Source: Octopus bimaculoides
Taxonomy: Eukaryota
NCBI RefSeq assembly: GCF_001194135.2
Contig: NC_068988.1
Location: 78,947,636 to 78,985,942, forward strand
DNA length: 38,307 nt
Reading direction: 5' to 3'
The position numbers were made by a program, and so were the translations under genes. This document shows, in pieces, positions 25,306-38,270 of this stretch (position 1 is its first letter; each line of letters starts with the position of its first letter). The notes beneath the pieces were generated by a model that ran no database searches, was not told the DNA's origin, and worked only from the letters and a program-made list of their open reading frames with translations.

Positions 25306-28300
25306 CACTTGAAATTGCTGGTCTTGTGCGTCAATTAGAAACTATTAGTATTATAAATAGAAGCAGTAGTGTTTGTGTTATGTCGTCTAGCCTCAAATGA
25401 GTATCACCTGACCAAACCTATGATCATAAGTGTTGAAGCCTTGACAATTTTAAGGCATTGTGTATCTAGGCTTGCATTGACTAATGCGTACTGTTTCAAT
25501 ACGGTAAGGTGTGAATTAAGAGGAATTTGACTGCTAGTGTGCCGCGAAAAGAAATAATACCCAATATTTCAGGTCCCGTTATTAGAGAATGTGAGAATAT
25601 TGCCACTGTAACTTTAGAGCGGTTAAGAAAATTGAGAAAAAAAAACACAACATAATCCAAGTAGATGATGACACGTATTGAAAATGACGGCCGTAGTTGC
25701 GACTTGAGAGGAATCTGTCTTACACAACGTACACATTTCGCTTCTATAATCATTTGTCCTCACTAGTTCCAATATTGCAAAAGCAGTAAATGCAAATTTT
25801 TAGAATCGATCGATCGCTGCTAACGTACGAAAACCGATTTTTGATTATTCACTTATCGATGTCTTTAAACTACTTGGTAGTACTGACATTATTAATCAAA
25901 ATGCTTGTTTTCATGCAAAGGCGTTTGTGAATTTGTAGTTCTATCTGTACATATATGTATATGGTGTGTGTGGGGGGTGGGGTTGGGGGTGTCTGTATTC
26001 ACGTGTTATATTATGGACATTGCATACTTTTAGAAATATAGTATGTTTGGTGAAACTGTGGGGAAGAGATTCGTTTAGGACTGCATTTTCGTAGTGTAAG
26101 AGGTAAAAAAAAAACCTAAATTCTATCCTTCAGGAAGGTTTTTACTTTAAAGAAATCTCACGTTTAATATGTAGCTGCAAATAGTGGCACGCTGGTACTA
26201 AAGTAACAGCAAAGGATAAGAAAATGATTTATACTGGATTGAGAGACGTTTGATGGTAAGCTATTTCTGAATTGACAATTCTCTAAGAATTGACAATACT
26301 GGGATTAATCTCGGTGTTAGTCGACATGACAATGCCGTAGAAATATTTATTTACGAAGCAATAATATTGATATAGTTATGTCTTGTGTCGCTCCAAGTTA
26401 GCATGTCCTTGTGTAATAAATAGAGAATAAGACCTACATATCGACTTCTGTTAGTTATTCAATTAAAGTAACTGGTAAAACAGTTTACTTTGTTCTTGAT
26501 TTCGACTTTTAGGTTCAATATAGCCTTTTCTGTTTTTCTTTCTGAAAATTATTATTGAATAACAATATGATACATTATCTCGTTTTATTTTTTCATTTTA
26601 TTGTATGAGATAAACGAAACTAAAATTTCTGCTAGAATGATAGCTAAAGTACATAGCGTTTGTAAGTCGATGGATTAACTTAAAAAATACAGTGAGGGAG
26701 AGAGCAATGATTCTAACCTTGTCATTAATAGTTGATTGTTTTCATATTACAAACAAAGGAATCCCTAATACTTAGTCTACGGCTTGATGAGTTGGAGAGT
26801 TTGGTGAGAGTGTCTATTGCAGGGAACATTGACAGCTCTGTAAAATTGGCGAGTATTTCGTTCATCTGCATTACTGATTGTCCGCTTGAACCTACTTTCA
26901 ATTTTGTCATAACCATTTCCCCAGGATAATGTGGAATTAAAAAAAGATAGGAAACTGTAGAAATGAAAAGATTAGTTACAAAGAACAAAGTATATGAAAC
27001 ACAAGATTGTTTGACATTCATCAATTTATCGTGCTCATTTTACTTCGGTGATGGACATCTGGTCAAGAAACGATATTTACTAGAAGTAGTCACTGAGAAA
27101 TTACATTTACGTATTATGCACAAATATGATCTACAGAACCAGTCTATAACGGACAAGCAGACAGTCATTGTGAAATAAAGCAAAATAGTTTTTGAAGTAT
27201 ATTTTCTTTCTTGCAGTCGTTCAGAGGTACTGTGGTAACGCGTGGCGTCTAATAATTAGTCGGTTCCTTGTCATAAATTGTTTTAAGCTTCACGTATGAA
27301 AAACAATGCTTTTTTTATTCTATTTGCAACACTACTGAAACAACTTCACACCGAATGTATCAGGTGTCATTTTGTTTTCTCTAAGCAATCTCGATCCTGT
27401 GGATTTGTTCTCTGAAAATACCATGGACTGGGATTCTTCAGAGTCGAAGAAGTAATGTGTTGTGAAGTCTCTCCGTCTCTCGATTAAACAACCATGGAAA
27501 TATTTCCTATGAGAAAAATCAAACAACGTGCGTTTGTTATTACAACTCGAACAAACATATAGATACGTGCTTGATGGTGAAATTAGGGTCTATTTCATTC
27601 GAGTCCTAAAAATAACAAGTAAACAAACATCCCTCCCCCCATAAAAAAACATGAAATGGAATTCTTGTATAAATAGAACTTCCCAAAACATCAGAATTTG
27701 AAATTCACTTTTGGTCTTTTGTAGATCTCAAAACAATGAACCAGATTCACCATTGAGGATTTGTGTCTTGTCAAAAGAAACTAATATTTGAATAGAGCTG
27801 TAAGTAGCTAAAGGTGTTCTCACATTAATTATCAATTAAATTTTCAGTGTTGATTAATAAACTATTTCTTCATGCCCGTTATGAGTAAAATAATTTAATA
27901 TCAATTGTCCGGTGAATGATGGTTATGTTTCTGCCTGACTATCTATAACCAGCCCATGAATCAATGGCTGACGTGATTAAATCGATTAAAACCAAGAAGT
28001 TGTGATGTTCATGCCTTTTACAGGTTTCTTGTGACGCGGAGTAAGCAAAATGGTGACGGCCGAGAATTAAAACCGTGTCTTAATTTTGGCTGATTGATTC
28101 TGCGGAATCCGCTCTAGCTAATTAGGTCATGGTTCCGCAAATTTGCCTCAACAGTTTATGAAGATAAACTTCTCTAAATTGAATTACTTTAGCATGGAAT
28201 AACAATGATTATGAAGTTCGTTATTGAAAAGGATTTGAGCAAGCATTAACCTACTAGAGATAATAGACAAATCGACCTTAAATGATGCCATGCCATCTTC

Positions 28301-29769
28301 AAAATAGAACTCACTGTATAATGTAGTTCTACACACGCACTGTCTATGAAATTTGATTGGCTGGAGGAAAAGCTACACGATATTGTATCAATAGAATTAG
28401 CTAGTGTATTAGAGATATCGCTTCATGTCGGTATAAATGAAGAAAATAGTTTTTAGTTTTTCTTTTTTGTCGACACAACTTCGATTCTCTCACTTTGAAG
28501 GGCAGCGTTGGATTGTTTCCCCTCTTTTTAATAACTACTGAGAGACACGCTTAACAGAAATACCAATACAATGTTGCAAAAAATTATGGTGGCCGTAAAA
28601 CTGATTCAATCTTAATTTTGCGTCAGACATAATTTTTATATGCTACACTTTGCTAAAGTAAAATCAAGTAACAAGTTTTAACTTTTAGTTACTCTCTTTG
28701 GTAGCATCGCTTTAACCATAGGAATATTGAGGTACAAAAGAAACAGAACCAAGAAATAACAAAAGTTATCAGAAATGATGGAAAATAATAAATGAGAAAA
28801 GAAAATTGTTACAGGAAAGAATGTTGACCTTAAATAGAAACATTGTAGGATTAAAATAACAAGCATTAAGCTTATCTTGAGTGTTCAGTTCTGCTGGAGA
28901 CATAGAATGATTTTGCTCCATAGAGTTGAATTGATGATAATTAACGTCATATTCTTCCCACCGGTTTCTGCTCATATTTAGGCCACCAGAAAAAAAAAAC
29001 ATAAAACACTAAAATTTTCTTCAATATATACACATCTTAAGATTAAAACTATTATTTTAAATCGTAAATCTGCAGATAAGCAGAGTTTTCATATCAATGC
29101 TTTATTTTCACACAGATTGCAGCCATTTCTTATAACCAATTGGATCGCCGAGATATCTCTGAGTATTGCTAGTATATTGCATATTGAAAGTAAACAAGTA
29201 AACACTTGATTTTCTTCTCGTTACCAACTCCAAGTTCATAGCAATATTTGGAGTTAGCAATGCAAGTTAATGACCTATATTTTTGTCTTTCTTATAAAAA
29301 TGAGGTTTTGTACTTATCAAATTTATAGTAAAGTTATTGTTTGCAGTACTAAATTATATTGCTTATAATTAACTATGTTCGCATTGAATCATGGACCCTT
29401 GCCGAAACATGACCTTTTCAACCAGCTGCATCCAAAGGCTCGATTTTTACACGCAATTATTAATAGCTTTATCTACTTCGAGTTCAACAGTTAAAAAAAC
29501 AATTATTTTATGTTTTCTTGAAGTTTCTAAAGTTTTTAGGCTCTCTTTATATTTTCTTTATACCAACAACAATATATATTTTGTATAATAACGTTATATC
29601 TATAAAGCAATTCACGCACATTTGCTTATTTGAACAAAACACTAGCGTGACCATACGCTAGTGTTGTTTGTAGTCTTAGGTCGGAACAGCTTCTTTATTT
29701 TCAAATCTCCAAGATCATATCCAAAGTAGTTGATCTAAGTAGACCTTCCCCGCTTTACCAATACAATAA

Positions 29770-30000
29770 CGAGCTCACCAGCATGCTGTTTCACTGCCGT
29801 CTTTTCTACAGCTCCTCTAAACTACTACCAGTATACTTACAGCCGAAACATCCCGTTTCCTCTTGTCATCTCGACTGCTCACATGCTTCTTAAACAGTTC
29901 ATCCCAAACAGTTGTAACTGTCTAGAACTTTATCCCTGACTACGTTTCCCCACTGATATCAACTCTCAACATTTAATCTGAACATTAGTTACATCGACGT
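29770..30000 (+). mobile_element. Decayed 3' end of a CR1/L2/Jockey-group LINE
   Basis: Frameshifted translation resembles the group's C-terminal NSFIP...WN.LP..VFP...NxQ.FK motif (aaacagttcatccc...gtttcccc...aactctcaacattt). Recall-based. Confidence 0.4.
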
Positions 30001-30902
30001 CACAATCTGGTATGGAACGTGGAAAGTGCCATTGGCACTGCCCATCATATCTTAACTAAAATGTCTGTCATCAGCAAATCTTGTTCAATGTTTGAATCTA
30101 TGACTGAAACAATTACTATATGTCCAAGGGGTCTCTTGTCTTCCTCTGCAAAACTCTCACACACGTGAGCCTACAAATCACGATTCTTTGTTTCGAAAAA
30201 CAGTTATAGAAGATTCTTCAAATACTTCTAGTTTTTAATGTCCATGAGCAAAGAATGAACGTTCTTTAATCTCAGTTCCACGTTTTCTTCTAAACCGGTG
30301 ACCTTGCATCTATGTAAAAATATCTTTTTGACAATTACTATTGTTGAGAGGTTTTATGAGAGATTTGGTTATTGAATATATATCGGCACAGGCTACAATT
30401 TCTAATTATTGCTAGCATCATAGAACCTCACAATTTGGAAATCATAGAAACATAATATTACATTACACTTTTCTTTAGATGTATTGCCAATGGTTTACTT
30501 TAACTGCGTGTCTTATCAAGATTTCCAATCTTCTAAAAGGCAACATAGTGTCGAATAAAGGGTGGAATGTTGTATTGAATACTTCGTGCTATTTAATTAT
30601 GTCCAAATCTCACTGAGGTGGACTTTGTGTTTCAGCTTCCACGGCCGATGAAATAGAGTACAAGTCAAGAACCATTCGACTGGATGCTTCTTACACTACA
30701 AGCGATGCAGCTGTGTCAGGCTTTGAATCAATGTTTAGTTATATCGCTTTAGTTTTGAGTCCAAATCCTGCTTGACTTTGCCTTTCAATCGACAGTAGGT
30801 CTTTATAAATTGCGCGGTCTTTTGGATATCGTTCTCGACAAAATTATGACAGCAGTATAGTGAGAAAAATAGTAGAATATTTTACACATAACATGAAGGT
30901 GT

Positions 30903-31040
30903 GCTAAGCATAGCTGAGTGGTTAACCAGCTGGTATCACAATTACGAGTTTATGGATGTGATCGCACTGCGCGATAATCTGATATACCTTTGAGTCAACC
31001 AATATTTTCTACAAACATTGTGAAGAGAAGCACGTGGGTG
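30903..31040 (+). mobile_element. Decayed tRNA-type SINE, second family
   Basis: A-box-like tagctgagtgg followed by a decayed B-box and gcactgcg segment; weak. Confidence 0.35.
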
Positions 31041-31239
31041 GAATAGTTTTTGTTCTTGGATGATGAAGGGGTTAACGGTGTTACCCCGTTTAACCATTTC
31101 GCCTGCTCATTCGAAGCCTTTAGCAGAGAACATTCTGTTCCGAGTATTCGAGGGAACATTTAGGATAATTTACCACTTTTTCCCTGTAGTCATGGAGACC
31201 TAACAGATCATTAAATAATAATAATAATAATAATAATAG

Positions 31240-31418
31240 TTCCAAATTTTGGCACAGGTCCGGGAATTCCGCTGGAGACTGCCCGCCGATCGCATCGATC
31301 CCATTGCTCAACTGGTACTTATTTTATCGACCCTGAAAGGATGAAAGCAAAGTTAACCTCGTAAAGACGGACGAAATGTCACTAAGCAGTTTGTCCGACA
31401 TACCATCGGTTCTAGCGA
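31240..31418 (-). mobile_element. SINE family A copy with an internal deletion, adjoining (AAT)n
   Basis: ccaaattttggcaca...gctcaactggtacttattttatcgaccctgaaaggatgaaagcaaagttaacctcg|taaagacggacgaaatg...ctaagca. Confidence 0.85.
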
Positions 31419-31590
31419 GAAAGTAGATGTATATAGTCCTCTTAAATACGAGATAGCAAGATGAGAAAGGCTGATTATCAAAAGATTTTGAGAGGAACAT
31501 AAAGACAATAGGAATAGTGTCCGGTAGGGCTGTTGCAAAAGGTTTGCCTCTTTAACACTGCCAAAATTATGTGGTAAGTATTAGCGGATC

Positions 31591-32315
31591 TATTCCATCT
31601 CAATCACAGACTTTTTGATTAATTTTTTACGACTAAAGTTTGAAGCTTCGAATACTGGTAGAATTTCTCACGTACAACATGGTTTACTCAGAACGTTCTT
31701 GACCAAATTTCGTATTTTAGGAGTTATTTCGTGTTAAAGTTGTCGTATTTGGGTAATTTCAACCAACCAACGACGTGTATTCGGTTGAAGAAAGCTACTG
31801 CTGTTTGCGGTAGTTATTAAAGAAGAACAACTTCTGGGTCATCTCTACTAAATGTCACCATTCTGTTCTATTCGTATGGTGTGTGAAGACGACGCCATCT
31901 TTCTCCTTTCTTCCTTTCTAGTCATCACCGTGCATTCCTTACTCTTAGTAAAATGAAATCATGGCAATAACAATACATTACGCAGTTGTAAGAGAAGGCA
32001 TTTTGAAACTACATAAACGGCAACAACAAAAAAGCTAGCTGCAGACTCGTGGTGACATTTAGTAGATATGACCCGGAAGTTGTTCCTCTTCAATTACTAT
32101 CGCAAACAGCAGTAGCTTTCTTCAACCGAATACACGTCGTTGATTGGTTGAAATTACCCAAATACGACAACTTTAACACGATATAACTTCTAAAATACGA
32201 AATTTGGTCAAAAATGTTCAGAGTAAACCGTGTTGTACGTGAGAAATTCTACAGTATTCGAAGTTTCAAACTGTTTAGTTTAAAAAAAAAATTAATCTGT
32301 GATTGAGATGGAATA
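31591..32315. mobile_element. Foldback/MITE-like element with about 270-bp inverted arms and a 189-bp spacer
   Basis: 31591-31860 is the reverse complement of 32050-32315, with about 14 substitutions plus small indels by my alignment. Both ends are bounded by TA. Confidence 0.9.
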
Positions 32316-32410
32316 TTAGCTACTTAAAGAAAAAAAACATTGTATGTGGGATGCAGGTAGCAATCTCACTACTCTTGCAAGATTCCAAGAATTCCCGCAA
32401 AACATAAGTT

Positions 32411-32641
<231 letters not shown>

Positions 32642-33417
32642 ATCAGCCGCACAAGACCAAAGCTTGCTTACCAAAAACTACCAGGTTAACGTTCTTCAAA
32701 ACGGTTCTGACCATAAATGCAGATTCTGAGATACATTGACGAAACAATAGACCATCTCGTCTCGGAATATCCTGTGCTGACACCAAACGAATACAAAAAT
32801 CGCCACGATAGGGTGGGACAGTATTTAGTTTGGAAAATATGTAAACACTACAAAATCAACACTCCTGCTTGCTGGTATGAACATCATCCTGAGCCAGTCG
32901 TTTAAGTTAAAAATGTCACTATCCTCTGGGATTTTCCAATCTACACCACCAGAACGATCCCGGCTAATCGACCAGACATACTCATTAAAGACAGGGAAGA
33001 AAATACTTGTAGACTAATAGATAAAAATGTTCCCACTGATAAAAATATATCATTAAAGGAATTTGACAAATTAAGTAAATAAAAAGACCTGGAAATTGAA
33101 ATACAAAGGATGTGGCATCTTAAAGCCTTCGGTATGATAACGGATATCAAAAACATCTAAATAACATCCCAGGAGAACCATGTCTCAGAGAAATCCAAGA
33201 GATCGGGCTCACAAATACTGCCCACATCCTTAGAAAAACCCTATCAATTTAAATGTCTGTGTTGTATTACATGAAGATATTTCGCTACCGCCCCCTGTCC
33301 CTGCTACTGCCCCCTAGCTTTCAGGCATACTGTAACATCCCTTATCCTTCACTCGCCCAAGGACGCTGGGTGTGTCTCGGAAAATGATTATACCCAACAT
33401 GCAAATTAAAAGTAACT
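32642..33417 (+). mobile_element. 5'-truncated R4/Dong element (copy D5) between (AAT)n tracts
   Basis: SAAQDQSLLTKNY...KCRF*...ETIDHLVSEYPVLTPNEYKNRHDRVGQY..WKICK...WYEH.PEPV, ILWDFPI...ANRPDILIKDREENTCRLID (RLE PD..D), KDLEIEIQRMWHLK, AHILRKTLSI*, then 3' UTR and (AAT)n. Confidence 0.92.
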
Positions 33418-33449
33418 AATAATAATAATAATAATAATAAATCATTTAT

Positions 33450-33645
33450 GTTATAGGCACAAGGCCTGAAATTTAGAGGAGAGTTAAGTCGATTGCAGTG
33501 CTCAACTTCAACTTATTTTATCGACTACCAAAGGATAAAAGGCAAAGTCGACCTCGGCGGAATTTGAACTCAGGACGTAAAGACGGACGAAGTGCCGCTA
33601 AGCATTTCGCCCGACGTGCTAACGTTTCTGCCAGCTTGCAGCCTT
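33450..33645 (-). mobile_element. tRNA-type SINE family A, best-preserved copy
   Basis: Minus strand: A-box-like tggcagaaacg, B-box-like gagttcaaattcc, then gccgaggtcgactttgccttt..cctt..gtcgataaaataag. From memory this resembles a Meta/MESC-type central domain; not verified. Confidence 0.88.
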
Positions 33646-34194
33646 AACAACAACAGATTTTTACTTCCTCTAAGTTTTGTTGTTTTTTGTTCCAATGGGT
33701 TAAAATCTGACCTCAAGACTCTTATATCGTATCACACCCGAGCTTGATACGATAGTACCAGACATCTACTGAGGATTCAAATCCAAATACCTACCTGAAA
33801 ATTTATAGCACATTGCCAATATGAAAAATCAATACTTACAATTTTCAGACGGTGACCGAATTACAATGTTGCAGAAAATGTGAATGTACGTGTGACAGTG
33901 TTTTTGCGAATGTGTACATGTGGGAGTATAATGCATACTATATGTGTGAGTGTGTGTGTGTGTGTATGTATATGTACGTATGTATATATGGCATCTGCAT
34001 ATATTTCTGTATATGCATACATTACATGCAAATACAATAAATCAGTGTACGTGAATGTTCATATATGGATTTACATAAATATATGTGCATATGTGTGTGT
34101 TTAATTATCTCTACACACATACAAATAAACGTTCGCACACACACATATATATTTATATACATACACACGCATATATAAATATATATATATATAT

Positions 34195-34324
34195 AAACAA
34201 TATATGAGTATATGCATATATATGTACATGTATGTATATACGTTCATCTACATGTGCATATAGATACATAACTGGGTACATGACGTGGCAAAAGAACAAG
34301 GACAAAATGGTAAACAAGGTGCAA
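34195..34324 (-). mobile_element. Second copy of the TA-associated repeat at 18845-18974
   Basis: About 95% identical over 130 nt, embedded in (TA)n. Confidence 0.8.
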
Positions 34325-35089
34325 TATATATATATATAGATAGATAGATGTATGAATGTATGGATGGGTGGATGGATGTGTGTGTGTGTATGTGTGTGTT
34401 TGTCTGTATATGTATATATATATATACACATACATATGCATGTACGTATATGGTATTATTAAATTATATCTACACACACGCACACACACACACACACTCA
34501 CACAATCACGTATTCACGAGCTATCTTTTAGCTTGCTTTTACCGACTGAAGAACTAGTTATCCACCAATCACAGACCAACACGATCGTTTATAATCACCA
34601 TCACAACTACCTACCAACCAACCTTATCTATCAATCACCCACCATCCTACCGACCATCAATCTACCTACCTACCTACCTACCTACCTGTCTCCCTACCCT
34701 TCTATCTTCCGAACCACCTTCCTTCATTCCCTCCCTATGCTTGTTAAACCGCCGTCAATCTGTCTCTTATGCAGCCGTACTCTTATGATGTAAACCAACT
34801 GCTATTACTGCTTCTGCTGCCCTTTACCACTACAACTGCTGCTGCTGCTGCAGAAGACCGACTGGATGCGGTGGAAGGTCGACTCTAATACCACTACCAA
34901 TACATTTACAAACACACATTCTAGCAGTAGTACCATGATCCTCCCCACCGTCGGCACCATTGAAGTCAACGTCGGCCTTCACCAAGCAGGCAGTCGCAAC
35001 GTTTCGTAACAGTCGTTTATTACCTTACACACCCTGCCACGATTTCATTCTTATAACCCCGTCTCTCGTTCCCCCCTCCCCCTCTCTCT

Positions 35090-35427
35090 CACACACATAC
35101 ACNNNNNNNNNNAACCCCGTCTCTCGTCCCCCCCTCCCCCTCTCTCTCACACACATACACGCACACACGCACGCACATACACATACATACGAGCGCGCGC
35201 ACACACATCCTCTCTCTCCCTTACCCTCTCTCGCTTTCGCTCTTCTCTTCTCCCTTTCTCTCGCTCATTCTCTCACACACTCTCTCCCCCATGCGTGTGT
35301 GTCTCGTGTGTACATACATACATACATACATACATGTATATGTGTGTATTTATGTGCGTGTGTGCATGATTGCGTGCGTCTGTGCTTTCGCGCGCGCGCA
35401 TTTGTGTGTGTGTGTGTGTGTGTGTGT
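35090..35427. repeat. Compound CA/CT/CG/GT repeats around a 10-N gap (35103-35112)
   Basis: Seen directly. Confidence 0.9.
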
Positions 35428-36007
35428 TTGCAGCCTTTAATGTTATCATTTAGTGCTGTTTAACTCTGATTCAGTGCTGATCAAATAAACCTACGAAGAA
35501 GGGTGCTCCAGCCACGGCCATCCCATCTAATTCTCAAATGATGTCTGCTAGGATCCCTCATCGAACGCCTTCTACCCTGGGAATTTGGCTATTTCTATCG
35601 GGTCGAAGTACGGCTTAGAGGCTTGTTTGCTTCACCGACGCATTTATGCTTCAACTCTTCAATAGGAAATATTTTATATACCACTGAATGAAGTATATCA
35701 GTATATGTGGTAGCGTTGAAGAAATAGGCTGCACCACCTGGAATGGAGGTAGTATAGCTGATGAGATGATAGGAATGGGTAGAATGAAAGCATCTCTTTA
35801 GACACAGTCAGTCGTTGTAATGGCTTCGATGACGTAGGGTAAAAGATTTTTAATAGGTAGTTTTGTACAGTTAGAGACTATATTTTTAGTAAACATAATG
35901 GGCGCCCGTATTGTGAAGGGGAAAACCAGTTGGATAATTGGTAGAACTCTATTGGATCTAAAGTGGAATTGTTATCCTGTTAGCTACAAGTTAAAATGTC
36001 TTCTACC

Positions 36008-36152
36008 CACTAGTGTAGCTGGAGGGAGGGGAGAGATCCTCCCCGGGCGACACTTTTGGGTCTGCTATAGGCAATATTTTGTTTTTTTGTAGGGTCCGGG
36101 GCGGCAAACGGAAGGGCCACCCCGGGCGGCACACGCTCTAGCTACGCTAGTG
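36008..36152. mobile_element. 145-bp hAT-type MITE
   Basis: 16-bp TIRs cactagtgtagctgga and tctagctacgctagtg (14/16). 8-bp TSD cttctacc / cttctacg (7/8). Internal direct repeats ccccgggcgacac and ccccgggcggcac. Confidence 0.85.
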
Positions 36153-37204
36153 CTTCTACGACCTAGATTAGGCTGAGACTTGTTGAATTGTAGCACTAAT
36201 ATCCTGTATAATGTCACTTATGGGAGCCGAGGTGACACGTTCAGAAAGCCTCTCAAGTTTTCTATAATTCTGTGAGAGCCTAGAATAAACTGTTCCACAA
36301 GTTCTAAGGGTCTTAACATCTTAGAACTGGTTGCTGACTATTTCCGCCAATTATAATAAAACCGTAGTAAAGCTATAGAACTTTAGTTGCCGATACATCT
36401 CTGTTTTCTTTCATCTCTAGATATAGGATTCTTCGAGGTATACTCTCAACTAACCACCCTTTGGGATGAGTAGTGGAACGTGCTTCAAATCATCAGTGAA
36501 CATCTCTAACAATGCCTATAGTATTAGAGCTACCCCTGAGATACTGAAAGGGTACAAGAAAGAGAGCCTCAAATGCAAATCTTTGAGACATTCTGTACTC
36601 TTCCTGTAATCTAAGGCTTGCTTGCATTAGCACCACTGACCAGTTCTTTTCCATTATTGCACACAGAACTGTCAATATGTACTTAAATGCTAAATGGCTG
36701 TCTTGCTACCTATAAGTTGTGACAATTCTAGATAAAGATACTTCAAGAGAAATCTGCTTGGGTAAACTAGAAGCGTCAAGGAAACCTATCTGGTCCTGTT
36801 ATAAGTATTTCTTTTCTTTTATTTCGAATCAAGCGTGATCATTTTTGCACGTACATTCTATTCCAGAAGCTGAACGTCCTAACTGAAAGAAAGAAGTAGA
36901 ATCTGATGTGATGAGCTAATAATGTTTCTGAAATCGATTACAAATTGCTTTATTTCAAATAAACCTCAGACCTAGGATTTTTGTTCATGCATTATTCATG
37001 ATTGCCGCTAGATCTTGCGAAGTTTGGTAAACATTCCAAGAGAAACAAACGCTAACGTTTATAGATATTAAATTATGACCATCACTACGCGTCACATGTT
37101 TCCATGTAATGGGAGCGGAAATACACATCCTCTGCCCATCCTCTGCCCACAGCATGAACCCAGTAGAACAAACAAGATGTGACAGTTGGGGAGTGGGAGA
37201 ATAA

Positions 37205-37335
37205 TGATAAGTATTTATCGACCTCGAAAGAGGGAAAAGTAAAATTAACTTCAGAGGAATTTTAAGAGGTCAACTCACTGAACAATTATCGCAACGTATT
37301 TTTTTTCTACGCTCCAACGGTCTGTCAATTTGGCA
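37205..37335 (-). mobile_element. Decayed SINE family A remnant
   Basis: aagtatttatcgacctcgaaagagggaaaagtaaaattaacttcagaggaattt matches the family A core. Confidence 0.55.
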
Positions 37336-37339
37336 TAAA

Positions 37340-37455
37340 GCAGTATAATATAAGCCATAATGTAACATAAAATATAGTATAATATATGATGTAATATATA
37401 ATGTAATGTTACATTATGTACTATGTAAAAATTCAATATTATGTAATACACACAC

Positions 37456-37500
<45 letters not shown>

Positions 37501-38270
37501 CTAAAGACTTGTTTTGTTTATGCTTTTCCCTCCGGTTTTTGTTCTATGTGTGCCATAAATATCGCCATCCGTTTAGAGAAAAATTTGTAGTTTAGAATCA
37601 GTAGTTCTTTGACTGCTATTTCTAAATTTTCAGTATGTTGGAGAAGCAACTCAATGCTAATCCCTGTATATTTATGATTATATATATATATATATATATA
37701 TACATATAGCATAATATAATAATGTATGATATTGTGTAGTGTAATACAAAACATAGCACAGTGTAACGAAATCTAATATATGATAGCATACAATGTTATA
37801 TAATATACGTTTATGATATAATGTTATGTAATGTAATTTAATGTAATATAATTTTAAATAATTTTGATATATAATATAGAATAGTATAGTGAAGTGTAGC
37901 AAATTATATAATAAATATGTGTGAGTGTATGCGTGTGAATGTGTGTGTGCATACGCATTTGTGTGTGCCTGTATGTGTGTTTGCATATAAGTGCATGGGT
38001 GTGTGTTTATGTGAGATTAACAGTAGGTAGAGTGTTGGCAAAGTGAAGAACAAAATAAATTTGTAGACTGAACAGAATACTACAAACAATATAATGGACA
38101 AATATCTGGTGATACACCAGACCAGGTCGCGACTCATACAAACAACCCACCAACAAAGTAAAACTCAATATAAAAACACAAATTTGTATCAATCTTTATC
38201 TTTATATACTGTATTTATCGATATATATGTATCAATATGTGTATATGTATATGTACACACACATACATAA

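Noticed and set aside
25969-25990. G-rich run as a G-quadruplex
   Set aside because: Only three separate G tracts and no functional context.
27332-27526. Minus-strand ORFs at 27332-27526 and 28769-29002 as exons of one gene with 26896-26954
   Set aside because: Predicted splice phases are incompatible and there is no recognisable homology; such lengths are expected by chance.
35063-35150. Direct duplication of about 45 bp (aaccccgtctctcgt...cacacatacac)
   Set aside because: The copies sit on either side of a 10-N gap, the usual signature of unmerged overlapping contig ends.
35757-35795. CTGATGA...GAAA as a hammerhead
   Set aside because: No stem II or stem III pairing.
37518-37680. KYTGISIELLLQH...KELLILNYK as a Penelope GIY-YIG remnant between (TA)n tracts
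   Set aside because: The resemblance is too weak to support without a profile search.
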